This document shows positions 1-8,824 of a stretch of 64,000 nt of DNA, piece after piece. This stretch comes from Chloroflexota bacterium (lineage in GTDB: Bacteria; Chloroflexota; Limnocylindria; Limnocylindrales; CSP1-4). The DNA lies in contig DAOTXE010000036.1 of the NCBI GenBank assembly GCA_034435355.1, positions 12,071 to 76,070 on the forward strand, written 5' to 3'. Position 1 is the first letter of the stretch. Every line of letters starts with the position of its first letter. Under the pieces are notes generated by a model. That model made no database searches and was not told the origin of the DNA. It was given only the letters and a program-made list of their open reading frames with translations. The position numbers and the translations under genes were made by a program.

Positions 1-1
1 C

Positions 2-283
2 ATGCAGGAAGGACGGGAGGCCTTTGCAGCCGTCTGCGTGAGCCTGACGGACGTGTTCAACCCGACGCTGATCGTGGTCGGGGGCAGCCTCGCCGCGGGC
101 CAGGGCGATCGCCTCCTCGGGCCGGCGCGGCTCGCGATCGAGCATGGCGCCTTCCGGCGTCCGGCAGCGCGCGTGACGGTCGTTCCCGCGGTGCTCGGCG
201 ACGACGTGGGGCTCGTCGGAGGGCTGGTCCTGTTCGGAGAGCGCTTCGGGGCCGCCGGCGGCGCGGCCGCCGCGGGGGCGTGA
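2..283 (+). CDS. ROK family sugar kinase/regulator, C-terminal fragment (5' end outside window)
   Basis: The translation ends with a ROK-type C-terminus (NPTLIVVGGSLA ... VVPAVLGDDVGLVGG). The stop lies 1 nt before the next start. Confidence 0.7.
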   Translation: MQEGREAFAAVCVSLTDVFNPTLIVVGGSLAAGQGDRLLGPARLAIEHGAFRRPAARVTVVPAVLGDDVGLVGGLVLFGERFGAAGGAAAAGA

Positions 284-284
284 C

Positions 285-2288
285 ATGACGAACGCGAGGT
301 ATCCCTGCACCGCGAACGGCGGGGCCTGGGGGCCTGCCCGGGTGAGCGGCGCCGGCGAAGTCTGGCTCGAGCGGGCGAGCGTCCTGGCCCGCGAGGCCCT
401 GGGTTCCGGCCCGCCGAGTGAGACCGAGTCGTTCGTGATGCGTCTCCGCCGTCACTGGACCGACCTGTGGGAGGGGTTGCTCGGGCCATACGGTCGCGAT
501 CCACGCCTGGCCGAGAACCTCGAGCGCCTGATCGGCGTACTCGCCGCGCGGTCTGCCGAGCGGCCGGCGGACCTGCGGGACCTGGACCGGCAGCGGACGT
601 TGCACCCGGACTGGTTCCAGGCCCCGGACATGGTCGGCTATGTCTTCTACGTGGATCGCTTCGCAGGCACGATCCGGGGAGTGGAGGAGCACCTCGACTA
701 CCTCGAGGAGCTCGGGGTGCGCTACGTCCACCTGATGCCACTCCTGCGCACCCGGCCGGGCGACAACGACGGGGGCTATGCGGTCGCAGACTACCGCGCC
801 GTCGAACCCCGCCTGGGCAGCATGGCGGACCTCGAGCGGCTGTGCGGGCGGATGCGCGGGCGCGGGATGAGCGTGTGCATCGACCTGGTGCTGAATCACT
901 GTGCCGCGGAGCACGAGTGGGCAGTGCGCGCGCTCGCCGGCGAGCCGGCCTACGAAGAGATGTTCTGGATCTTCCCGAACCGCCGCCTGCCCAATCGATA
1001 CGAGGCGACGCTCCCGGAAGTCTTCCCCGACTTTGCGCCCGGCAACTTCACCCGGCTGCCCGACGGACGCTGGGTGTGGACGACATTCAACGCCTTCCAG
1101 TGGGACCTGAACTGGTCGAACCCGCGCGTCTTCGTGGAGATGACGGACATCCTGCTGGACCTCGCGAACCGTGGCGTCGATGTCTTCCGTCTCGATGCGG
1201 TCGCGTTCATGTGGAAGCGGCTGGGCACGAACTGCCAGAATCAGCCGGAGGTCCACAGCCTCCTGCGCGCTCTGCGCGCCTGCGCGCGGATCACAGCGCC
1301 CGCCGTCATCTTCAAGGCTGAGGCGATCGTGGGGCCGGGAGACCTGGCGCCGTACCTGGGGATCGGCCGAAACCATGGACGCGAGTGTGACCTGGCCTAT
1401 CACAACAGCCTGATGGTCCAGTACTGGTCGGCGCTGGCGACCCGGGACACGCGCCTGATGAACCATGTGCTGTCGGCATTTCCACGCAAGCCGGCCACGA
1501 CATCGTGGGCCACCTACATACGCTGCCACGACGACATCGGCTGGGCCATCACCGAGAGGGACGCGGAAGCCGTCGGCTGGACCGGGCCGGACCATCGCGC
1601 CTTCCTGTCGTCGTTCTACTCGGGACAGTTCCCCGGATCGTTCGCGCGGGGGGAGATCTTCCAGCACAACCCGGCCAATGGCGACTCGCGGATCAGCGGG
1701 TCGTTCGCCAGCCTCGCGGGTCTCGAGCGTGCGCTCGCAATGGCGGACGCTTCCCAGGTCGACTTGGCGGTCGGGCGGATTCTGCTCGGCCACGCCCTCA
1801 TCATGGGCTGGGACGGTCTCCCCCTCCTCTACATGGGCGACGAGATCGCGCTGCTCAACGATCGGAGCTTCCGGAACGATCCGACCCTGGCCTCGGATAG
1901 CCGCTGGCTGCACCGGCCTCGGATGGATTGGGAGCGGGCGGCCCAGCGATGCGCCGACGGTCCCGTGGCGAGGGTGTTCGGCGGCACGCAGCACCTGGTC
2001 CGCGTCCGGCGGGGCCTCAAGGCTCTTCACGCTGCGACGCAGCTCGAGATCCTCGATCTCGGCGACCCGGCACTCTTCGCATTCGTCCGCGTCCACCCAT
2101 CGGGGCCACTCCTTGCGATCCATAACCTCACCGAGACTCCGCGTCGTCTCGACGGACGGGTCCTCGAGATGGTCGGACTGGACGCGGCGGACGACGCGAT
2201 CTCGGGCGATGGGGCGTTCAGGCCGCCTGACTCGATCGGGCTCCCGCCCTACGCGGCGCGGTGGCTCGTGGCCGCTGCCGACGCATGA
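285..2288 (+). CDS. GH13 alpha-amylase family enzyme, amylosucrase-like
   Basis: GH13 conserved regions are present: DLVLNHCAAEH, GVDVFRLDAVAFMWK, FKAEAIV and CHDDIGW. The N-terminal FQAPDMVGYVFYVDRFAG ... LGVRYVHLMPLL is typical of amylosucrases. Confidence 0.8.
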   Translation: MTNARYPCTANGGAWGPARVSGAGEVWLERASVLAREALGSGPPSETESFVMRLRRHWTDLWEGLLGPYGRDPRLAENLERLIGVLAARSAERPADLRDLDRQRTLHPDWFQAPDMVGYVFYVDRFAGTIRGVEEHLDYLEELGVRYVHLMPLLRTRPGDNDGGYAVADYRAVEPRLGSMADLERLCGRMRGRGMSVCIDLVLNHCAAEHEWAVRALAGEPAYEEMFWIFPNRRLPNRYEATLPEVFPDFAPGNFTRLPDGRWVWTTFNAFQWDLNWSNPRVFVEMTDILLDLANRGVDVFRLDAVAFMWKRLGTNCQNQPEVHSLLRALRACARITAPAVIFKAEAIVGPGDLAPYLGIGRNHGRECDLAYHNSLMVQYWSALATRDTRLMNHVLSAFPRKPATTSWATYIRCHDDIGWAITERDAEAVGWTGPDHRAFLSSFYSGQFPGSFARGEIFQHNPANGDSRISGSFASLAGLERALAMADASQVDLAVGRILLGHALIMGWDGLPLLYMGDEIALLNDRSFRNDPTLASDSRWLHRPRMDWERAAQRCADGPVARVFGGTQHLVRVRRGLKALHAATQLEILDLGDPALFAFVRVHPSGPLLAIHNLTETPRRLDGRVLEMVGLDAADDAISGDGAFRPPDSIGLPPYAARWLVAAADA

Positions 2289-3958
2289 TTCGGTCACCGG
2301 CCCTTCAATCGGTGGGAAACCCGGCCTGGTGGAAGTCGGGCGTCGTGTACCAGATCTATCCGCGGTCCTTCGCCGACTCGACAGGCGATGGGGTGGGGGA
2401 CCTCGGGGGAATTGCACTCCACCTCGACCATCTCGCGGGGAACCCCGACTCGCTTGGCGTGGACGCGATCTGGCTCTCGCCGATCCATCCGTCTCCGGGC
2501 CTCGACCTCGGCTACGACATCAGCGACTACGCGTCCGTCGACCCGCTCTTCGGGACGGGTGCCGACTTCGACCACCTGGTGGCGGAGGCACATCAGCGGG
2601 GCCTCAAGGTCATTCTCGACCTGGTCGTGAACCACACGAGCGACGCACATCCATGGTTCGCCGCATCGCGCACGTCGCGTGCCGGCCCGCATGCTGACCG
2701 GTACCTGTGGAGCGACCCGGCGGGGACCGACCGAGCCGGGCTGCCGATCCCGCCCAACAACTGGGTCTCGTTCTTCGGTGGGTCCGCCTGGGAGTGGGAA
2801 CGGGTCCGCGGTCAGTTCTACGAGCACACCTTCCTGGCCCAGCAACCCGACCTGAACTGGCGCGACCCGGGGACCCGGGAGGACGTCACGGCCATGATGC
2901 GGGCCTGGCTGGCGCGCGGCGTCGATGGCTTCCGGATGGACGTCTTCAATGCGTTCCTGAAGGACCCGCAGGTGCGCTCCAACCCCGTCAGGCGGGGTCG
3001 GTCAGCCTGGGCCCGCCAGCTCCACGTCCACGACAAGGATCAACCCGACCTGCCTGCCCTCCTTGCCGAACTGCGGGCGGTCGTCGACGAGGCGCCCGGC
3101 CGGATGACCGTCGGAGAGCTCTTCGACGGCGACTCGAGCCGCGCTGCGCGCCTGAGCGCGGACCGTCACCTGGTGTTCGACTTCGAGCTGCTCCAGGCCG
3201 GCTGGTCCGCGGCGGCGATCGGCAGAGGGCTGGATCGGCGCGAGGCTGCCTACGGCCCGGATCGCTGGCCTACGGTCGTCCTCTCGAACCACGACCAGCC
3301 GCGCCACGTGTCGCGCTGGGGTGAGGGGCGCAACGCCGACGAGCTGGCTCGCGCGGCGGCCCTGCTCCTCCTGACGATGCGCGGAACGCCGTTCCTCTAC
3401 TACGGTGAAGAGCTCGGCGTGCCGGGGATCGCCGTCCCGAACGAGGCGGCGATCGACCCTCCTGCCCGCCATGCTCGGCCGGGCTTCTCGTGGTGGAATC
3501 GTGATCAGGCCAGGGCCCCCATGCCGTGGACGGGCGAGCCCGGCGCCGGGTTCACGACGGGTCGCCCGTGGCTGCCACTCCCGCCGGACTGGCAGAGTCG
3601 CAACGTCGCGGCCCAGCGCGGGGACCCCGGGTCAGTGCTTGCCTTCTACCGGTCCCTGCTCGCGATTCGCAAGGCGCGGCCTGCCCTTCATTCGGGCGGC
3701 CTGGCGCGGATCCCGACGCCCACGCCCGGCGTCCTCGCATACCGGCGATGGACCGTCGATGACCGCGCGCTCGTCGTCCTGAACCTCGGCAGGCGCAGCC
3801 TCGCGGCGACACTGCCTCTCGACGAGTCGGCCGGCCTGCGGCCGATCCTGGGCACCCACGGGCACACCCCACCCGGGATCGCTCGGAACGGAAGAATCAA
3901 CCTCCGCGCCCAGGAGGGCGTGGTGCTGGCCGGCCCGGGTGCTGCGCGACCGCGTTGA
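2285..3958 (+). CDS. GH13 alpha-glucosidase / oligo-1,6-glucosidase-like
   Basis: Motifs WWKSGVVYQIYPRSFADSTGDGVGDL, DLVVNHTSDAHPWF, GVDGFRMDVFN and LSNHDQPR. The ATG at 2285 overlaps the upstream stop (ATGA). The ORF track gives a longer 2261 start. Confidence 0.85.
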   Translation: MIRSPALQSVGNPAWWKSGVVYQIYPRSFADSTGDGVGDLGGIALHLDHLAGNPDSLGVDAIWLSPIHPSPGLDLGYDISDYASVDPLFGTGADFDHLVAEAHQRGLKVILDLVVNHTSDAHPWFAASRTSRAGPHADRYLWSDPAGTDRAGLPIPPNNWVSFFGGSAWEWERVRGQFYEHTFLAQQPDLNWRDPGTREDVTAMMRAWLARGVDGFRMDVFNAFLKDPQVRSNPVRRGRSAWARQLHVHDKDQPDLPALLAELRAVVDEAPGRMTVGELFDGDSSRAARLSADRHLVFDFELLQAGWSAAAIGRGLDRREAAYGPDRWPTVVLSNHDQPRHVSRWGEGRNADELARAAALLLLTMRGTPFLYYGEELGVPGIAVPNEAAIDPPARHARPGFSWWNRDQARAPMPWTGEPGAGFTTGRPWLPLPPDWQSRNVAAQRGDPGSVLAFYRSLLAIRKARPALHSGGLARIPTPTPGVLAYRRWTVDDRALVVLNLGRRSLAATLPLDESAGLRPILGTHGHTPPGIARNGRINLRAQEGVVLAGPGAARPR

Positions 3959-3982
3959 TCGGGCCGCCTCCGCTGGTAGGAT
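3955..3982 (+). promoter_or_regulatory. Candidate sigma70-type promoter TTGATC-N16-TGG-TAGGAT
   Basis: TTGATC at 3955-3960 and TAGGAT at 3977-3982, preceded by TGg (extended -10). It is followed by GGGAGG and then GTG at 4012. Confidence 0.45.
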
Positions 3983-4011
3983 TACGGGAACGCCACGCTG
4001 AGGGAGGTTTA

Positions 4012-4749
4012 GTGCCGCTCGAATTCCTCAAGCGCCGGGGACGCGACGATGACCGGGCCGTGTCTCCGCCTGCCGCGATCCCGGAGGAGACCTCCGCCCA
4101 GGAGTACATCCTGAAGCTGTTCTATGCGGGCAAGAGCAGCGAGAGCGTCCGGATGAAGGCGGGTCCCCGCGCCATGGCCGAGCTGCCCGCGATGCTCGCC
4201 GGTATCGCGGCCGGCGAGATCGAGGTGATCGAACCGCTCCCACTCGAGTTCAGCCAGGCCAGCCCGCATATCACGCATCCGTCCGAGGCAATGCAGTGGG
4301 TGAACGCCCACCACGGCCATTCGCCGGTCGCGCGCCACTGCATCTACGTCCTCGAGTCGATCGATGCGATCGACCTGGCTTTCGACACGCTCGCCTGCGG
4401 CCTCCTCGATGGCGAGATCGACACCTCCGGCTACCCCGACTACAACGCGATCGTGGGCGGCGTCGCCTCGCACTGGGACGAGGCGACCGGCGACATGCTG
4501 GTCCGGGCCGTCGTCGGCTGGGGCGGGCGCGGCGTCCGGGGCGACACCGACCGGACCGGCGCGCGGATCCTGGGGGGTCTCTTCCAGAACGTCCTTGCCA
4601 GCCAGTACGCACTCGAGGTCGTGCCGTTGGATCGCCCGATGCCGGCGGCGGGCCGGGGAGGCCTCGTCTGCGCGCATTGCGGGTTTGCGTCCGCTCACGA
4701 TCGGGCTTTCTATTGTCCGAAGTGCGGCATGCGGCTTCTGCGCGGCTGA
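4012..4749 (+). CDS. Hypothetical protein with C-terminal zinc ribbon (CxxC-N11-CxxC)
   Basis: GTG at 4012 lies 6 nt after GGGAGG. The C-terminus is CAHCGFASAHDRAFYCPKCG. I recognise no other motif. GC-rich third positions are consistent with coding. Confidence 0.6.
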   Translation: MPLEFLKRRGRDDDRAVSPPAAIPEETSAQEYILKLFYAGKSSESVRMKAGPRAMAELPAMLAGIAAGEIEVIEPLPLEFSQASPHITHPSEAMQWVNAHHGHSPVARHCIYVLESIDAIDLAFDTLACGLLDGEIDTSGYPDYNAIVGGVASHWDEATGDMLVRAVVGWGGRGVRGDTDRTGARILGGLFQNVLASQYALEVVPLDRPMPAAGRGGLVCAHCGFASAHDRAFYCPKCGMRLLRG

Positions 4750-4772
4750 ACCGACTCGGAACGGGAGACCAG

Positions 4773-5132
4773 GTGCCCATCTACGACTACGTATGCGGAT
4801 CGTGCGGCCACCGGTTCGAGGTGATTCGCGGGATCAACGAGGCCGGTCCGCACCAGTGCCCGGAATGCGGCGGGCCCGTCGCGCGGGCGTTCGTCCCGCC
4901 GACGATCCACTTCAAGGGGTCGGGCTGGGCCAAGTCGGATCGCCGGGCGACGAGCGCGCCCACGCGGCGCGCGGAAGGCGGGTCCCCGTCAGCGGGGTCG
5001 GCGAAGCCTCCGTCGGACGGGACGTCCCGGCCACCGTCGGGCACGTCGGACGGGAGCCCCGATTCGGGAGCGCCGGCCTCGACGAGCGAGTCGAAGCCGG
5101 CAGAGGCCGGCCCTTCCGGACGCGACGACTGA
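4773..5132 (+). CDS. FmdB-family (CxxC_CxxC_SSSS) zinc ribbon protein
   Basis: The N-terminus VPIYDYVCGSCGHRFEV ... HQCPECGG is the FmdB signature. The tail is S/P/G-rich and acidic. The start was verified in frame at 4773. Confidence 0.75.
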   Translation: MPIYDYVCGSCGHRFEVIRGINEAGPHQCPECGGPVARAFVPPTIHFKGSGWAKSDRRATSAPTRRAEGGSPSAGSAKPPSDGTSRPPSGTSDGSPDSGAPASTSESKPAEAGPSGRDD

Positions 5133-5139
5133 GACGGCG

Positions 5140-5376
5140 ATGAGCCGGCCGCCTTCCGACTGGATCACGCTTGCCGAGGCCGGGAAGATCCTGGGCGACG
5201 CGAACGTGCGCCTGCGCCCGGAGACGATCGGCCGGTGGGCGCGGGCGGGCCGTCTCCAGACCCTCAAGCTGGGTGGGCGCCGATACGTGCGGCGGGTCGA
5301 AGTCCGGGCGCTCCTCCGGCCTCGCCGGCGCGTCGCGGCCGAGATCCTCCAGGCGCGCCTCTTCGAGGACCTTTGA
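5140..5376 (+). CDS. Small MerR/excisionase-type HTH DNA-binding protein, BldC-like
   Basis: 78 aa. ITLAEAGKILG ... PETIGRWARAGRLQTLKLGGRRYVRRVEVRALL resembles the BldC/Xis-type wing-helix pattern (TVTRWAKAGKL ... GGHRRY ... EVRALL). Confidence 0.7.
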   Translation: MSRPPSDWITLAEAGKILGDANVRLRPETIGRWARAGRLQTLKLGGRRYVRRVEVRALLRPRRRVAAEILQARLFEDL

Positions 5377-5408
5377 CGGGCCCGGTCACGGTGTGGCGGC
5401 CGGGCCGC

Positions 5409-6269
5409 ATGCGGCGGGTCGGAGCTCGAGCCTTGGGGCTCGTGACGGTCCTGCTCGGGGTTCCCCGGATCGCGACGGCCCGCCTCGTGTGGAGCAGGTA
5501 CAACGCGGCGAGCGGACCGCTCCTCGCCCGGGGCCTGGCCTTCACGACCCTGTTCATGCTGGTCCCGGCGTTGCTCCTCATCGCATCGTTCGCCGGGCTC
5601 GTCGGGGGCGACCTTGACCGGCGGGCCCGGATCGTGGACTTCCTCGTGGCGCAGTTCCCGCCCCTTGCCGAGATGCTGAAGCGCGCCCTCGAGACCGCCC
5701 TGGCGCACGCCGGGGCGTTCACCGCGATCGGAGCGGTCGTCCTCGCCTGGTCTGCCAGCGCGCTGGTGCGAGATCTCGACCGCGCATTCGGGACGATCTT
5801 TCGCCAGGCCGGGACCGGCCCGACGTTGCTCAGGATGATCGGCGAGGTGGTGCTGGTCGCGGTGGCCGTGATCGGGCTGGGGTTCATCGTCGTGGTCGCG
5901 ACCATCCCGGGACCGATCTCTCGTCTGCTGGGCCTCGCGCAACTGCGGGCCACGGCCGTGGTGCCGCTCGTCGCGGTCTTCGCCCTGGCGTTCCGTTTCC
6001 TGCCGCCGACACGACCGGGATGGCGCGATGCAGTCGTGCCGGGAGCGTGGGTGGGGCTGGGCGCGTCGCTCCTGACCGGCGCGTTCAGCCTGGTGAGCCC
6101 GCTGCTCTTCGGCTCCGCGGACATCTATGGGGCCCTGGCGGGAATCTTCCTCGGCCTGCTCTGGCTCTCGTACCTGAGCCAGCTCTTCCTGGTTGGCGCC
6201 GCATGGGCTGCCGTCCGGGCGGAGGCGCGGTCGACGCGAGCGGCGATCGCGGATCCTGTCGCGCGCTGA
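5409..6269 (+). CDS. YihY/BrkB (ribonuclease BN-like) family membrane protein
   Basis: LARGLAFTTLFMLVPALLLIASF followed by multiple hydrophobic segments. The start is uncertain (ATG 5409, GTG 5391, or ORF-track 5235). Confidence 0.75.
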   Translation: MRRVGARALGLVTVLLGVPRIATARLVWSRYNAASGPLLARGLAFTTLFMLVPALLLIASFAGLVGGDLDRRARIVDFLVAQFPPLAEMLKRALETALAHAGAFTAIGAVVLAWSASALVRDLDRAFGTIFRQAGTGPTLLRMIGEVVLVAVAVIGLGFIVVVATIPGPISRLLGLAQLRATAVVPLVAVFALAFRFLPPTRPGWRDAVVPGAWVGLGASLLTGAFSLVSPLLFGSADIYGALAGIFLGLLWLSYLSQLFLVGAAWAAVRAEARSTRAAIADPVAR

Positions 6270-6302
6270 CGGTCGGGCCCGTGACCGGCCCGGGGCCCAC
6301 GA

Positions 6303-6316
6303 CCCCCCCGGGGGGG
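6303..6316. terminator. C7G7 palindrome between convergent genes (possible bidirectional terminator)
   Basis: CCCCCCCGGGGGGG at 6303-6316 lies between stop 6269 (+) and stop 6318 (-). A larger imperfect hairpin sits at about 6271-6303. There is no U-tract. Confidence 0.3.
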
Positions 6317-6317
6317 A

Positions 6318-7904
6318 TCAGCCCTGGCGGCTGCCGCAGCGACGGCAGAAGCGTGCGTTCGCCGACAGGGACAGGCCGCAGGTGACGCAGGCCTGGATGC
6401 TGACCGGCCGCGCGGCGCCCGACGAACCGGCGGCGACGATGTCGTTGCTCGACGCGGCCCAGACCGGCGACTCGAGCGGTCGCGCGGTTGCGACCCGCGC
6501 CGCCCACGTCGCGGACGGCATCGCGTCGGCACTCCGGCGTCCGCTGGGCGGGGGCGCGATCCACCTGCCCGGCGGCGGGGGCGGCTCCGCTGGGGAGCCA
6601 CTCTCGGGCGCCACGATGCGCCAGATCGGCTGCGCGACGTGATCAGCCGGCGGCGAGACGGGTTCGGCCTCGGCCGGGGTGTCCGCGGTCGCGGGTTCGG
6701 GTGGCGGCGCTGCTGCCTCGCCAGGGGCGGACCGGAGCAGGTCGGCTGCCGCCGCGGGCGCCAGGTCGGCCGGGGCCGCGGGGATGGCCGCGGGCGCCGC
6801 CGCGGCTGCGGCGATCTCCTCGAAGGCGGGCCGCGCCGCGACGCTCGCGGAGGCAGGCGGGGATGTGGTCCGGATGGCGCGCTCGGATCGCGGGCGGAAC
6901 CGGCGCAGGAGACTCCGGGTCGCTGCGCGCGCGTTCGCGACGGGTTCTGCCGGAAGGGGCGACGTCGTCGCAGCCTGGGCCGGCCCGCTCGCTGCGCCGG
7001 TCTCCGGCGCCGAGGCGACCGACCGTGCCTCTGCCGGGGCGAGAACGTGGCGGGTGAGGGCGCGCGTGACGGCGTCGAGCTCCGCAGAGGTGAGTTCGAT
7101 CTCGGATGGAGTCGCCGCCGCCGCGGCCGCGGGCTTCGCTGCCTCCGGCACCGGGGCGACCACCTCGGCGGGCTCCGGCGCGATCGCCATCGGCTCCGGC
7201 GCGATCTCCGGCAGGATCTCCGGCGCGATCTCCGGCAGGATCTCCGGCGCGATCTCCGGCAGGATCTCCGGCGCGATCGCCATCGGCTCCGGCGCGATCG
7301 CCGACGCGATCTCCATCGGCTCCGGCGCGGGCTCCGGCGCGATCGCCATCGGCTCCGGCGCGATCGCCGGCGCGATCGCCGTCAACGCAGGCTCAAGCGC
7401 TGCCGCTGCCGCCACCATCTCCGGCGCACCCATCGGCGCGAGCAACCCGGCGGACGAGGTGATGACCGTGTCAGAGGGGCGAATGTCGGCGGTCGGCCAG
7501 GCGGGCTCCGCACCGTTGCCGTGGGCGGGCTCCCTGGTTCCGACGGCAGCCGGTTCCTGGATTGCGTCCGGATGGACATTCGGGGTGAGATCCGGGGCAC
7601 ACGAGAGGCATTCGCTGGCACGCTCGTTCCAGCAGTTGCGGCAGGTGTACTGGCGACAGCCCATGCAGAAGTTGAACGTGTCGCGGAAGGCGTCCAGTTG
7701 CCGCTGCGACGCGACCCTGGATTCGTCGTCCCGCGCGGCCGCCATGGCATCGGCGAACGAGGAGCTGTCGTTCGCGACGAAGTTCCTCACACCACGCGTC
7801 AGCGTGCGAATCTGTCCTACGCCCAGGCGCCTCGGCTTGGGAGACTCGAACGTGTATCGCGTGCCGCAGCGCTCGCAGAAGGATTCAGTCAGGATCTCGG
7901 CCAT
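6318..7904 (-). CDS. Multi-zinc-ribbon protein with long Pro/Ala/Glu-rich repetitive linker
   Basis: I take the start at MAEILTESFCERCG (ATG 7904, GGGAGGA 12 nt upstream). The N-terminal Cys cluster is CERCG ... CMGCRQYTCRNCWNERASECLSC. The C-terminal ribbon is CVTCG ... CRRCG. The centre is a low-complexity APE/IAPE repeat. Confidence 0.7.
   Translation of the reverse strand: MAEILTESFCERCGTRYTFESPKPRRLGVGQIRTLTRGVRNFVANDSSSFADAMAAARDDESRVASQRQLDAFRDTFNFCMGCRQYTCRNCWNERASECLSCAPDLTPNVHPDAIQEPAAVGTREPAHGNGAEPAWPTADIRPSDTVITSSAGLLAPMGAPEMVAAAAALEPALTAIAPAIAPEPMAIAPEPAPEPMEIASAIAPEPMAIAPEILPEIAPEILPEIAPEILPEIAPEPMAIAPEPAEVVAPVPEAAKPAAAAAATPSEIELTSAELDAVTRALTRHVLAPAEARSVASAPETGAASGPAQAATTSPLPAEPVANARAATRSLLRRFRPRSERAIRTTSPPASASVAARPAFEEIAAAAAAPAAIPAAPADLAPAAAADLLRSAPGEAAAPPPEPATADTPAEAEPVSPPADHVAQPIWRIVAPESGSPAEPPPPPGRWIAPPPSGRRSADAMPSATWAARVATARPLESPVWAASSNDIVAAGSSGAARPVSIQACVTCGLSLSANARFCRRCGSRQG
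7171..7380 (-). repeat. In-frame 12/24-nt tandem repeat inside the zinc-ribbon gene
   Basis: Three identical 24-nt units GCGATCTCCGGCAGGATCTCCGGC occupy 7201-7272. They are flanked by degenerate 12-nt GCGATCNCCGGC and GCGATCGCCATCGGCTCCGGC units. On the minus strand they encode (APEILPEI)x3 and APEPMAI repeats. Confidence 0.9.
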
Positions 7905-7958
7905 CGGGCCCCGTGTTCCTCCCCTCGCGGATCCCCCGGTCCCAGCAGAGGGATCGAG

Positions 7959-7964
7959 AGTATA
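7959..7964 (-). promoter_or_regulatory. Candidate -10 (TATACT) for the zinc-ribbon gene
   Basis: The reverse complement of AGTATA at 7959-7964 is TATACT, about 55 nt upstream of ATG 7904, in the divergent intergenic region shared with fhaA. Confidence 0.3.
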
Positions 7965-8077
7965 GCCTAGGCGTCCCGGGTTCCCGGGCACCGAGGTACC
8001 GTCGGTCTTCGGCAAACGTCATGCGATCGTCGCGGTCTCGCGGCGCCAGCCCTCCAGCGGAGGCTCAGCGCGTCACA

Positions 8078-8824
8078 ATGCGACCCCTCTCGGCACTCGA
8101 GCGCTTCCTCGAGCGGCTCTTCGAGCGACCGGGCGCGCGGCTCTTCGACACTGGGGTCGCGCCCGCCACCCTCGCGCGGCGCATCGAGCGGGCGATCGAC
8201 GAGGAACGCCGGACCGGGGCTGAAGGACCGATAGCGCCGACCCGATTCGAGGTCCGCGTGGAGCGGCGTGCCGCCTCCGAGCTGGCGCGCCTGCCCGAGC
8301 TCGAAGGCGATCTCGCAGCTGCGGCGCTGGCCCATGCCCGCCGCCGCGGCTACCTGATTCCCGAGCGGCCGTCGGTTGCGATCGTCGCTGCGAGCGACCT
8401 GCCGCGCGGCGCGGCGGCGATACGGGCGACGTTCGCGGCGCCGGACGCGTGGTCCAGCCCGCCCGCCGCACCCCTCGACCGCACGCGGGTCCAGCACGCA
8501 GCGGCAGGCGCGCCGTCCGGCGCGCTCCTGCGGGTCCTCGCGCCGGATGGGACCGAACGCCGCCTGCGGGTCGAGGGCCGACCGTTCTCGATCGGCCGTG
8601 ATCCGGACAACGACCTCGTCATCGCCGATCGCCTCCTGTCCCGACATCACGCCCGCCTGGTCCCGCGCAACGGCCGGCTGGTCCTCGGCGACCTTGGCAG
8701 CCGCAACGGGACCCGCGTCAACGGCCGGGCCATCCGCGAGGCCGTCCTGGGTGCCGGCGACCGGGTCGAGCTGGGAGCAACCATCGTCGACGTGCTTCCG
8801 CTGGAGGATCCGTGGATCCCCTGA
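8078..8824 (+). CDS. fhaA: FhaA-like protein (DUF3662-type N-domain + C-terminal FHA domain)
   Basis: The N-terminus is MRPLSALERFLERLFE. The C-terminal FHA domain is FSIGRDPDNDLVIADRLLSRHHARL ... LGSRNGTRVNG. It is first in the fhaA-fhaB-rodA-pbpA order. Confidence 0.8.
   Translation: MRPLSALERFLERLFERPGARLFDTGVAPATLARRIERAIDEERRTGAEGPIAPTRFEVRVERRAASELARLPELEGDLAAAALAHARRRGYLIPERPSVAIVAASDLPRGAAAIRATFAAPDAWSSPPAAPLDRTRVQHAAAGAPSGALLRVLAPDGTERRLRVEGRPFSIGRDPDNDLVIADRLLSRHHARLVPRNGRLVLGDLGSRNGTRVNGRAIREAVLGAGDRVELGATIVDVLPLEDPWIP

Noticed and set aside
57-2417. 786-aa ORF antisense to the amylosucrase-like gene
   Set aside because: Its composition is Arg/Pro/Gly-dominated and it has no recognisable motifs, while the opposite strand encodes a clear GH13 enzyme. 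Long stop-free antisense frames are expected at this GC content.
5140-5376. Excisionase-type HTH as a prophage remnant
   Set aside because: There are no integrase or phage genes nearby. The sequence resembles chromosomal BldC-type small regulators, and the gene is embedded in an operon with FmdB and YihY.
7171-7380. Possible CRISPR array or intergenic minisatellite
   Set aside because: The repeats are contiguous with no spacers, have a 12/24-nt period, and are in frame inside a long ORF. No cas genes are present.
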